From UHGV virus genome UHGV-0279745: a stretch of 64,000 nucleotides of DNA. One strand, written 5' to 3'. This stretch comes from a virus. The number at the start of each line of letters is the position of its first letter. Position 1 is the first letter of the stretch. Positions 9,270-18,043 of this stretch are shown here, in pieces. The notes below the pieces were generated by a model that searched no databases, had not been told where the DNA came from, and worked only from the letters and a program-made list of their open reading frames with translations. The position numbers were made by a program, and so were the translations under genes.

Positions 9270-10625
9270 ATGAAAATTATTGAATTCTACAAATCGTTTC
9301 TTAAATCACAAGGATTCGATTTTGAAAACGATTTACTCACTCGTGACGGTGGTGAACCGGCAGAGTTTACGTATAACAAAGTGAAGCGCCGTTTGGCGCT
9401 TCCCACCCCAGCGATGATTAAGCGTGGTATGGAAGACGATGATGGTCGTGAATGTCAGGCATTTCATCCACTGTGTGAATCGGTACTGGCAGGTGAATCA
9501 GGGACAATTCGTTTCCTGAAGAAATCCATTAATGCGAACCTGTTCATTCGTTCCTTTGCATTAATCGACGCGATTCTGGAAACGGGGGCAAGTGGTAAAG
9601 CAGTACGTTCTGCATCCTACAAGAAGTTCTTAACAGAACAGATTTGCGAAGGGATGAAAGATCCGACGTTCGACGAACGTTTGGTGAAATCCTGGGAAGC
9701 GGTGAAAGCGTTCGTCTATGGACAATTGGAAAAAGATAAAAAGCACAAGATCACCCAGCTTTTTATTGCATCTGATTTAGTTATCGACGGCGTGAAGTTT
9801 AACCGCGTAGCTAATTATCGGAATATGTTCGAAGAAGAATCGTTAGATGGTACTGCAATGTACTTCTCTGCGAAGCTTCAACGTAAACAAGACAAAATCA
9901 TTATCCACCGTTTACTGACCACCGTGTTCGGTTGGTATCCGAGCGTAACGGGGTCTAATGATTCGCGTCCGTATTTCGGTTGCTTAGCACGTGGCTGGGC
10001 GCAGTACGTTGTGAATTACAATAATGTCGTTAAGGGATTGCGCGACCACACATCTTTACGTCCGTTGGAAGATGAATGGATTTCTCAGCTGGACAATATG
10101 GATATTTACGATAACGTTATTCAGACTTTACCGTATAACACCGGCCCACGTTCTGACAGCCCTGAACGTGATACCACGGCGCATGATTTCCGTATCGATC
10201 GTGCGCAGGCTCCGCAGCAGATTCCACAAAAACGTGCATCGGATGCGGATAAAGCGGATAAGTCAGATCCGATGGAATTCTTCCGTGCTCGTGAACGTAA
10301 CATGGCCGCGCGAAGTCCTTATGGGAATTTGACGCCAGCGATGCAACGTTACGCTGAGCAACACGGAACAACTAGCCCTGCCAACGGTATGGTAAGTCGA
10401 ATTTCTGTTGTGGATGCGTTTGGTGGTGAGCGCAAGGTGTCACCTTTCGGTGGTCAGAGTATTTTTGGTGTAGGGAATACCGGAGGCTCTTTGGCAAGTA
10501 CCTTTGGTGGAGGGAATAATTCTTTCAGCGGGGATGTCGGTGGGACTAGCGCGTTTAGCACGAGTTCAGCATTTGCAACGAACAGCAGTTTCGGTGGATT
10601 TGCAACTTCGGCATTTACGCGTTAA
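9270..10625 (+). CDS. hypothetical protein with long FG/SG-repeat-like C-terminal tail
   Basis: 451-aa ORF; the last ~80 aa are low-complexity G/S/F/T-rich (FGG, FGV, FSG, FGGF repeats). Confidence 0.6.
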   Translation: MKIIEFYKSFLKSQGFDFENDLLTRDGGEPAEFTYNKVKRRLALPTPAMIKRGMEDDDGRECQAFHPLCESVLAGESGTIRFLKKSINANLFIRSFALIDAILETGASGKAVRSASYKKFLTEQICEGMKDPTFDERLVKSWEAVKAFVYGQLEKDKKHKITQLFIASDLVIDGVKFNRVANYRNMFEEESLDGTAMYFSAKLQRKQDKIIIHRLLTTVFGWYPSVTGSNDSRPYFGCLARGWAQYVVNYNNVVKGLRDHTSLRPLEDEWISQLDNMDIYDNVIQTLPYNTGPRSDSPERDTTAHDFRIDRAQAPQQIPQKRASDADKADKSDPMEFFRARERNMAARSPYGNLTPAMQRYAEQHGTTSPANGMVSRISVVDAFGGERKVSPFGGQSIFGVGNTGGSLASTFGGGNNSFSGDVGGTSAFSTSSAFATNSSFGGFATSAFTR

Positions 10626-10635
10626 GTGAAGTATA

Positions 10636-10665
10636 AAAGAAGGGACTCGGTCCCTTCTTTTTTTA
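10636..10665. terminator. terminator hairpin between convergent genes
   Basis: Stem AGAAGGGAC/TCCCTTCT followed by a T-run; lies between the + gene ending 10625 and the - gene ending 10663. Confidence 0.55.
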
Positions 10666-10986
10666 ATCATTACCGATGGTGCTAATAATCTCACTAACCG
10701 TTCCGACGTCGGGTACGATTAGTTGCGTGATTTCAGGGGTGAAATTCATGGGGTCTTCTAGCCCGTTTAATAGCATCATCGGATAGATAATGATATCGGC
10801 GTAACCTTTGAGTTTACAGTAGGCGTAGAAATTGTGGACCTCAGGCCAACTGTAGCGTGGGTCAACATTTTCTATTTTAGTTTTCGGGTGTTTACGCAGA
10901 TAGTCTGTGTAATCGTGCATCACTTTCCATGTCGTGGTGTAAGGCGCAGGTATGAATTCTTCTAGGGTAATAAAATTGTCTAACAT
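10663..10986 (-). CDS. hypothetical small protein
   Basis: 107-aa ORF on the minus strand with RBS AGGAAC; divergent from the beta gene. Confidence 0.5.
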   Translation of the reverse strand: MLDNFITLEEFIPAPYTTTWKVMHDYTDYLRKHPKTKIENVDPRYSWPEVHNFYAYCKLKGYADIIIYPMMLLNGLEDPMNFTPEITQLIVPDVGTVSEIISTIGND

Positions 10987-11049
10987 AATCGTTCCTAAAA
11001 TAAGTGAGATAGATATTATCCTACTGAATCAACCTAAAGGAGCATTAAA

Positions 11050-13287
11050 ATGAAAACGCCAGTAGAGCTAATGAGCAGTGTGGCTGACCGTGAGATTAAT
11101 ATCACCGAAGTATCAGGTGCAAGGGCATCGATGGTAGGCAACCATATGAAGTCTGCGGTCCCTATCGACAATCCTGAACCATCGCCGCATTTTACAGGCG
11201 CAGATATAAACTACCACGATTTTCTGTTCAACGACGTTGTAGAAGATCCCGGTAGCATCTGCCACTATATGACCAAAGACGGTCGTCAGCGCCGCGCGAC
11301 GTTTACACGTTATGGTCGTCGTGGGGATTCTAAAGCGTTAGAACATGCTATCTTCTTCCGCCGTGCAGAAATGAAGGGCGGTAAAACCATGATAGATGTG
11401 CTGGAGATTAACTTCTATACTAACCACGACAACATCTTCTCATCTGAGAAACGTGAGTCGATGAAACTGCGTAGTATTTTACGTGGTGAAACCGATCAGT
11501 TGGAAAAGGATGAAATCCTTACAACGATGTCGTGTATGGTGGAAGGCGAGTACGCCGATAGCGTTGTGCTACCAACCGTTACGATTTCGCATCCTGATAT
11601 CATCGAGGATTCTTACACCATCTCTGAGTACGCCGCCCAAAAACTCCACGGTTATGGTTTGAAAATCGTTGAAAAGACGCTACGTGAAGACGAGTTTTTA
11701 CTGGATACTTACGGTTATATCGATCCGAACGGTAATCGCGTCCCACGGTATTTCCCGGATGTGGGGGAGGCTATTCGTGACGATGGGTTGGTCATTGCAT
11801 CGCGTCGTTTCGATGAACTTTACGGTGCAATTGATGCGTCGCTTGGGGAAACCCAACACGTCTCTCCGTTCTTTGATAGTTGCGAATATGTGGATGCCGA
11901 TCCCGTCCATTATAAAGCACGTCTTGCAGGTGACAAAGAACTGATGGAACGTAGCGGTACACGTATCGTCGATATCCAGGTGTGGCGTGATGAAACGTCT
12001 TGCGCGAATGGTGCTAACAATATTTCTTGTACCGAAGAGAACAAACGAGAACTGGATAAATACGCATTAGCATTGAAAGACTATTACAATGCCATCGTAC
12101 GATTCTATTTCTCGATGTCCCGTGACAAAAATATTATCTGGTCGCCGAAAGCGTGTGTGTTGTTGGAGAAAGCGTTCGCTTCTGAAACGTACGAGGTCTA
12201 TCACGAGTTTCGTGAAGAGATACGCGTGGTGATTGATGAAGCAATTCGTCGTGGTGAATACGGTAAAGAAAATGTCAGTCAGCAGATTCTTTCTAAGTTG
12301 ACCTCGCCAGTACAACGTGGACTCAGCGATCCCATCAACACGTATACCATTCGTATTGCTGTTCGTTATCCGATCCCGGTAACGGTGTCGTCTAAGATTA
12401 CCGACCGCTCGGGTACGAAAGGGATTGTTGGACGTGTATTACCCGTTGAACAGATGCCGATTAACGAATTCGGTGAACGTGTTCACGTTTTACGTTCGAT
12501 GAACGCTGTAATTCGTCGCTCGACATATGCAGCATTATTCCACATGTATTGGTCAGCTGCGTCTGAACAGTTGAAAATGCGTCTCAAACCATTGCTGGAT
12601 GAAGGACGTATCAGCGAGAGCTGGGAAATCCTGATGGATTATCTATCACGCTATAATCCAGAATGGGCCAATACACTACAGGCAACGCATCCTACGGAGG
12701 ATTTACAACGCGAACTTTTCAAAGAGATTTACGATTTTACAATCCGTATTTACTTACCACATGAACTTGACGACACGCCAGTCGATATCAGTGAACGGTT
12801 GGGTGAATTTAAACCGCGTAAATCCAAACTCCTGATTACTAATTTCGATGGTAAACAGGAATGGACAAAAAATGAGTTTTACGTAGGTGGTGTGGAAACA
12901 TTACGTCTGGATAAAACAGGTCGTGAGTTTTCCAGTATTTCGTCAATGTATCTGAATTATCTGGGTACGATAGACGCGTCTAACCAAGGCCGTGGTTCGT
13001 ATCCGATAAACTATAAAACGCTAAAATGGGCTGGTCCTTCGGAAGAACGACTGTTAGCGGGTTATGGTCCAGGTAACTACGAAGAAGTTCACGACAGGGC
13101 AAATAACCCTGCGGTGCATCGTGAGATTTTAGTAGGGCTTTATCGATCTCAAACCCCGTCTAATCCGGGTCCACTGGTAGACCGAAATAAATTCCCGTTA
13201 GGGGATTCACAGATTGACAGGATGATGAAAAACATTCACAGCTGTGAAGGGTTTGAATTGGTGAAAATGAAAAGGGGCGATGAATAA
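11050..13287 (+). CDS. multisubunit RNA polymerase beta subunit, C-terminal module
   Basis: [12 protein letters not shown] resembles [39 protein letters not shown] resembles [37 protein letters not shown] resembles EMEVWALEAYG. All in the same order as bacterial beta. Confidence 0.75.
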   Translation: [745 protein letters not shown]

Positions 13288-15386
13288 TGAAGGGCACTCC
13301 AGTTCACGTGCGTGATCTGTGTAAACTGAACTCGGATCAGGTGTGGCTATTGCGCGGCAGATATGAAGTGACGTTCGATGACGGGATAACCTTAAACATG
13401 TCAGGACGCCACATTAAAATCAGTTGGCCTTATTGGGGGCTAACACGATTTTATCCGCAGATCCCAATCAGTTCGCAAATGGCGTATAAACATGGCGACA
13501 CCGCTACAGATGACGCACATCTGAAGTTTATGTCATTGGCAGCTGTGGCAGCACGTAAAGCGGGTGTGGATTTAGCAGATACCCGCTATTTATTGCAGCA
13601 GCACGTCTATGCGGATGCGTTTAACTTATCGGTGAAAAATCTGTTGTCGTATTGTGTCACGATTGACTACGATACGATGATGGAAATTTACCAACACCGA
13701 AATTTTACGCAGATTCATCAGTGGGCACAAATGTATCCTACTGGGTACGACGAAGAAGGTCGGGATATGATCGAAGAAGCGTATCTTCTTATCGAAGATA
13801 TCTTCAAAGACCCACAACTTCGTTTAAACCCTGTGGTGATGTCGGTCTTGGATAAGACCATCAAAATGAACCAGGTTCTCCAGGCGTATATACGTGGGAA
13901 AACATCAGAGATTGATTCTCGCGTTTATTCTAACCAGGTATGGGAAGGTTTCTTTACGGGTCTACATTCTGTAATTAGCCGTCTGAAAGAAGCGGGAGCG
14001 ACGTCACGTTCTCACCTGTATAATACCGATAAAATCGCCGATGCGGAATATGCGTCACGTAAGCTACAGTTAGCAGCCAACGTGCTAATGTATTTCGAAT
14101 ACGACGATTGTGGTACGCATCATGTTCATCGCCACACGTTTACAGAAAGTAAACTGGAGCGTAAGAAGTACGACGCGATGGTGGGAATGCGATATCGTTT
14201 TGAAGGCGTGGGTGGCCCGTGGCTACGATTCGAGAAAGGGGAGTTTGAGAAAGTCTTAGGCAAACCTATTGAGTTTCGTACCGCGATGTGTTGTAAGGGG
14301 ATGGCACGTCAAAGCATTTGTGCAACATGCATGGGTGATTTGATTTATAACCTTTCGCCGGGAACATCCCCAGGTCACTTGGCATCAACCTCGATATCTG
14401 AAAAGGGTACACAGGGGATTCTCTCAACGAAGCACTTGGACTTCTTACGCTATCTGCTGAATCTGGTGCTGACTCCAAGAATGCGGGATTATCTTGGGGA
14501 GTATAAACACAACTCCGTAAAAGGGTTGAGTTTACGGGAGAAACCACAGTACGGTAATTGGGATGAATACCAACTCGTTATTTCTGATGAAGTCTATTCT
14601 GAAATCAGCCAAATCGCGTATCATGACGATTTGGAAGTGATCGACGAAACGGCATTGCCGGAGATTAACGAACTGACCTTTTTGCGGTTGGATGAAGCTG
14701 GGAATGTGTTGGCTGAAGATCCCATTGACGTCCGTATGGGGGTTTGTGGTAACTTCTCGAAAGCCTTCTTGCATTTCTTCCTGAAACAGCGCGATAACAT
14801 TACCTTCCCGTCGAAGAAACTGGTACGGATTCCCCTGAAAGGATGGAAACCGAGTTGGCCGATACTAATTTATACGAATCGGTCTGAATCTATGGCGGAG
14901 TTTGTAGCAGGGTTAGAATTGAAACTTCGTTCGGTTGCGTCTGATAAATCGGATACTTTCGAACAGTTCTCTGATGACTCAATGCGTTTGAGCAAGAAGT
15001 CGGGTAAGGTAAAACCAACGACACTGGTTCAGATGCGTGGTGCTACGGAGAAACAATGTACGCACGCGTTATTTGATGTGTTTAAATATATCCAACGTAA
15101 GCTCGGTGGTATTCCGATGACTCACATCGCGATTATGCTGGCGATATCACGCGTTGAATCACCGACCAATCCTTTCCCGGCGGTTGGGTTTGATAGTGAA
15201 GATGCTGATGTGATGGATGGCAAACGTTTCGAGGATCACAATACGTTGATTGCGATGCGTTCAGCTGTACCGATGTTGTTATTCGAAGGCCAACAGAAAA
15301 ACCTGGACAACGTGCGTTTCTACACGTCGCGTAAACGTCCGGCGTCGTTATACGACAATACGGTGGCCGCGACTATCATTGAGTAA
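13287..15386 (+). CDS. multisubunit RNA polymerase beta' subunit, C-terminal module
   Basis: Translationally coupled to the beta module (1-nt overlap). KGMARQSICATCMGDL resembles the bridge helix RKGLADTALKTANSGYL; ASTSISEKGTQGILSTKH resembles trigger-loop AAQSIGEPGTQLTMRTFH. Confidence 0.6.
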   Translation: MKGTPVHVRDLCKLNSDQVWLLRGRYEVTFDDGITLNMSGRHIKISWPYWGLTRFYPQIPISSQMAYKHGDTATDDAHLKFMSLAAVAARKAGVDLADTRYLLQQHVYADAFNLSVKNLLSYCVTIDYDTMMEIYQHRNFTQIHQWAQMYPTGYDEEGRDMIEEAYLLIEDIFKDPQLRLNPVVMSVLDKTIKMNQVLQAYIRGKTSEIDSRVYSNQVWEGFFTGLHSVISRLKEAGATSRSHLYNTDKIADAEYASRKLQLAANVLMYFEYDDCGTHHVHRHTFTESKLERKKYDAMVGMRYRFEGVGGPWLRFEKGEFEKVLGKPIEFRTAMCCKGMARQSICATCMGDLIYNLSPGTSPGHLASTSISEKGTQGILSTKHLDFLRYLLNLVLTPRMRDYLGEYKHNSVKGLSLREKPQYGNWDEYQLVISDEVYSEISQIAYHDDLEVIDETALPEINELTFLRLDEAGNVLAEDPIDVRMGVCGNFSKAFLHFFLKQRDNITFPSKKLVRIPLKGWKPSWPILIYTNRSESMAEFVAGLELKLRSVASDKSDTFEQFSDDSMRLSKKSGKVKPTTLVQMRGATEKQCTHALFDVFKYIQRKLGGIPMTHIAIMLAISRVESPTNPFPAVGFDSEDADVMDGKRFEDHNTLIAMRSAVPMLLFEGQQKNLDNVRFYTSRKRPASLYDNTVAATIIE

Positions 15387-15388
15387 AC

Positions 15389-15416
15389 GAGAGGGGCCTG
15401 CGCCCCTCTTTTTTTG
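15389..15416 (+). terminator. rho-independent terminator
   Basis: Stem AGAGGGGC/GCCCCTCT followed by a T-run. Confidence 0.6.
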
Positions 15417-15428
15417 TAAGAGGGGAGC

Positions 15429-17138
15429 ATGTACGAATTCCACATGACCTTTACGAGTATGGGCGTGAGGGTCGAAGTCCCTTGTCGACCTATAGAGTCG
15501 GCAATCCTAAAGTGGGCAGAAGAGAATATGCACGCCCCGAAAATGGGCAAACAATACGGAAGAATCATCACCGAACGTGGCGATCCGTATTACGCGCATA
15601 TACCTTCTATCCGTACCTTTATATTCCACCGGAATTTTTCCGAACGTTTACGAATCATTATTAACCGAACGGCCGCTGAGTTTGCAATTGACTTTAAACT
15701 CTACGAGCACCACTTAACCCAGGGAACACCTTACCGCTGTACGTTTGAAAACTACGGCTTTAACATGATAGAAGAAGATGAGTCGTCACGCTTCTTTTAT
15801 CAGAATGGCGTTGTAGAAACAGCGTGCCAGCCTAACCGCTTACAAACCATCTTTGAGATTGGTACAGGGATGGGTAAGTCGAAGACGAACATGAAAGTGA
15901 TGGTTCGTAAAGGGGTAAGAACGTTATTGATTCATCGTCCCACGTACATCTCTAAATGGTTATTCGACTTAACGGAAGATCCTACTGGACTTCGTGAATC
16001 GAAAGAGGACGTCTTGGTTATACAGGGCGTACAAGCGGTCTACGAAGCGCTAGAAATGGGTGAAAGTGGTGAGTTGGATAAACGTGGCATCAAAGTTATT
16101 ATCGTCTCTACAGTGACGTTACAGCGGTTTTTGAAAGAATATATCAACACCGCTGCGACTAACCCGGTGAACATCGATGATTTCTATAACACGCTAGGTG
16201 TTGGGTTCTTATCGATGGATGAAGTGCACGAACATTTCCACTTGGTGTACATGGCTGGAATTATGTTGAATCCGCCGCCCTCTGTTGAGATGTCAGCCAC
16301 ACTCCAACCGGGTGAATCGAAAGCGTTCTTGGCAGAACGGTATAAAGAACGTTTCCCACAAGAGGCACGTATCACCATTCCGATTATTCCTGCGGTACAC
16401 GTGAAAGCGTTGTATTACCGAATTGAGAATAAACGGTTTGCGTGGTGGGCAACGAAGATGACCCCGTATAACCACAAACTGTTTGAAGGGAAGCTGATTA
16501 GCGAAAACCTTCATCAGTCGTACGCGGATATGGTCTGGGATGTAATAGAACGGACGTATCTGGCAGGCTATCAACCTGGTCAGAAAGTGTTGGTGTTGTT
16601 TGCAACTGTCGCAATGTGTGAGTTCTTTACGGATTACGTGCGAGAGAAGCTTACACAATCTGATAAGTTCCATGCGTTGATGGTTGCGAAATATAACGCA
16701 GGGGATTCGTATGACGACTTTATTCAAGCGGATTTCTCTATATCAACACCAGGGAAAGCAGGTACTGCGGTTGACAAACCGGGGTTGGTGCACATGTACA
16801 TTACTACCCCTGTGGAAGACCAGCAGTTAAACCGCCAGATGGCCGGACGCCCACGTAAGATTCTCCACAACGACTGGGGTGAACTCGATCCCGTTGTGTG
16901 GTTATTCCATTCTTATTCGATACCGAAGCATTGCAATTACTTGAATGCGCGTCAAAAATCACTGAGTGATTCTGTGTTGTCGTTTAAGATAGCCACCTCA
17001 CCGTATATTGTAAGGAAAGCTGATGTTACTACCGCCGCAGCCAACAGAGCCAACCGCGCCGTATGCCGGTCTGAACTTAGCAAGTTTTCTCGAAAAAGTT
17101 TTAAAGGCGTATCCCGACGTTTTAGACGTCGTAAATAA
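15429..17138 (+). CDS. SF2 DExH-box helicase
   Basis: Walker A GTGMGKSKT; motif II MDEVHE; motif VI-like QMAGRPRK. The last ~40 codons are Arg-rich and overlap the next ORF. Confidence 0.7.
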   Translation: MYEFHMTFTSMGVRVEVPCRPIESAILKWAEENMHAPKMGKQYGRIITERGDPYYAHIPSIRTFIFHRNFSERLRIIINRTAAEFAIDFKLYEHHLTQGTPYRCTFENYGFNMIEEDESSRFFYQNGVVETACQPNRLQTIFEIGTGMGKSKTNMKVMVRKGVRTLLIHRPTYISKWLFDLTEDPTGLRESKEDVLVIQGVQAVYEALEMGESGELDKRGIKVIIVSTVTLQRFLKEYINTAATNPVNIDDFYNTLGVGFLSMDEVHEHFHLVYMAGIMLNPPPSVEMSATLQPGESKAFLAERYKERFPQEARITIPIIPAVHVKALYYRIENKRFAWWATKMTPYNHKLFEGKLISENLHQSYADMVWDVIERTYLAGYQPGQKVLVLFATVAMCEFFTDYVREKLTQSDKFHALMVAKYNAGDSYDDFIQADFSISTPGKAGTAVDKPGLVHMYITTPVEDQQLNRQMAGRPRKILHNDWGELDPVVWLFHSYSIPKHCNYLNARQKSLSDSVLSFKIATSPYIVRKADVTTAAANRANRAVCRSELSKFSRKSFKGVSRRFRRRK

Positions 17139-17406
17139 ACTCTGTACCGATCCTGTGATGGGCGTTGCATTTCACTATTACATGGTGAATGAACACTATG
17201 CAGGAATGCAGATTTTCCAACGTGGTAAATGCTATTATATCACACGTAACTCCAGTATTCGTAATACTTCGTCTTATGAATTGTACAGTTGGGTTCTGTG
17301 GTCTGAAAACCCCGCAGGTAATGTAGACCAAAACCCGAAAGTGGCCTATCGGTTATACTCCGAGAAATGGCACAGTTGGGTAACCGTTCCTCATGATAAC
17401 GGTTAA
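17023..17406 (+). CDS. hypothetical protein (overlaps helicase 3' end)
   Basis: 127-aa ORF with RBS AAGGAAAG, plausible coding composition, followed by terminator at 17417-17450. Confidence 0.4.
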   Translation: MLLPPQPTEPTAPYAGLNLASFLEKVLKAYPDVLDVVNKLCTDPVMGVAFHYYMVNEHYAGMQIFQRGKCYYITRNSSIRNTSSYELYSWVLWSENPAGNVDQNPKVAYRLYSEKWHSWVTVPHDNG

Positions 17407-17416
17407 AAAGAACAGA

Positions 17417-17450
17417 ACGGGTGTATATTGTGTACACCCTTTCTTTTTTT
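17417..17450 (+). terminator. rho-independent terminator
   Basis: Stem GGGTGTA/TACACCC followed by a T-run. Confidence 0.6.
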
Positions 17451-17467
17451 GCTAAAGGAATATAAAA

Positions 17468-18040
17468 ATGTCACGTCGTAAAAAGAAACCCGCTTATAAT
17501 CCACGTGCTCTGGCGAAGAAAACCCTTCGTGATAGCGTGAAGAACGTGTATAAACTGGTCATTCTGTTCGAAGACCAAATGAAAATTTTGGCTGAGCGTA
17601 TCGACAAAGAACGCGAGATTCTGGACGCGCTGCAAGAACCAGAATACAAAGAGTTTGCCATTAACGCGTTAGACGAAGCGAAAGCGGCTTTCGTGGGTCT
17701 GATGGCAGAGGGGAAAGAAAAGCTGGGTGCTAAATTGATTGCGATCGATGAAGTGGCAACCAAAACCAAAACGATGTTGGAAAGCACAAATTGGGCCAAT
17801 GTCAAAGAGCAATACGAGCTGGATACTCTGCTGGTGACTAACCTGGAAACCGATGCGATCTTCCTGGGCAAAGATATTCAGGGTGCCGCGATTGAAATCT
17901 TGTCATTGTACAACAGTCGCGCGGATTTTGTAAAACGTGCAATGCAGCAAGGCAGCACGTTCGCCGAAGCGTACGAACTTCTACAGCAGGCTGAGCAGGC
18001 TGTAAAACAACCAGACACCGTCGTTGAAGCAGAGGGTTAA
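17468..18040 (+). CDS. hypothetical protein (predicted helical)
   Basis: 190-aa ORF; RBS AAAGGA; moderately optimised codons. Confidence 0.6.
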   Translation: MSRRKKKPAYNPRALAKKTLRDSVKNVYKLVILFEDQMKILAERIDKEREILDALQEPEYKEFAINALDEAKAAFVGLMAEGKEKLGAKLIAIDEVATKTKTMLESTNWANVKEQYELDTLLVTNLETDAIFLGKDIQGAAIEILSLYNSRADFVKRAMQQGSTFAEAYELLQQAEQAVKQPDTVVEAEG

Positions 18041-18043
18041 TTA

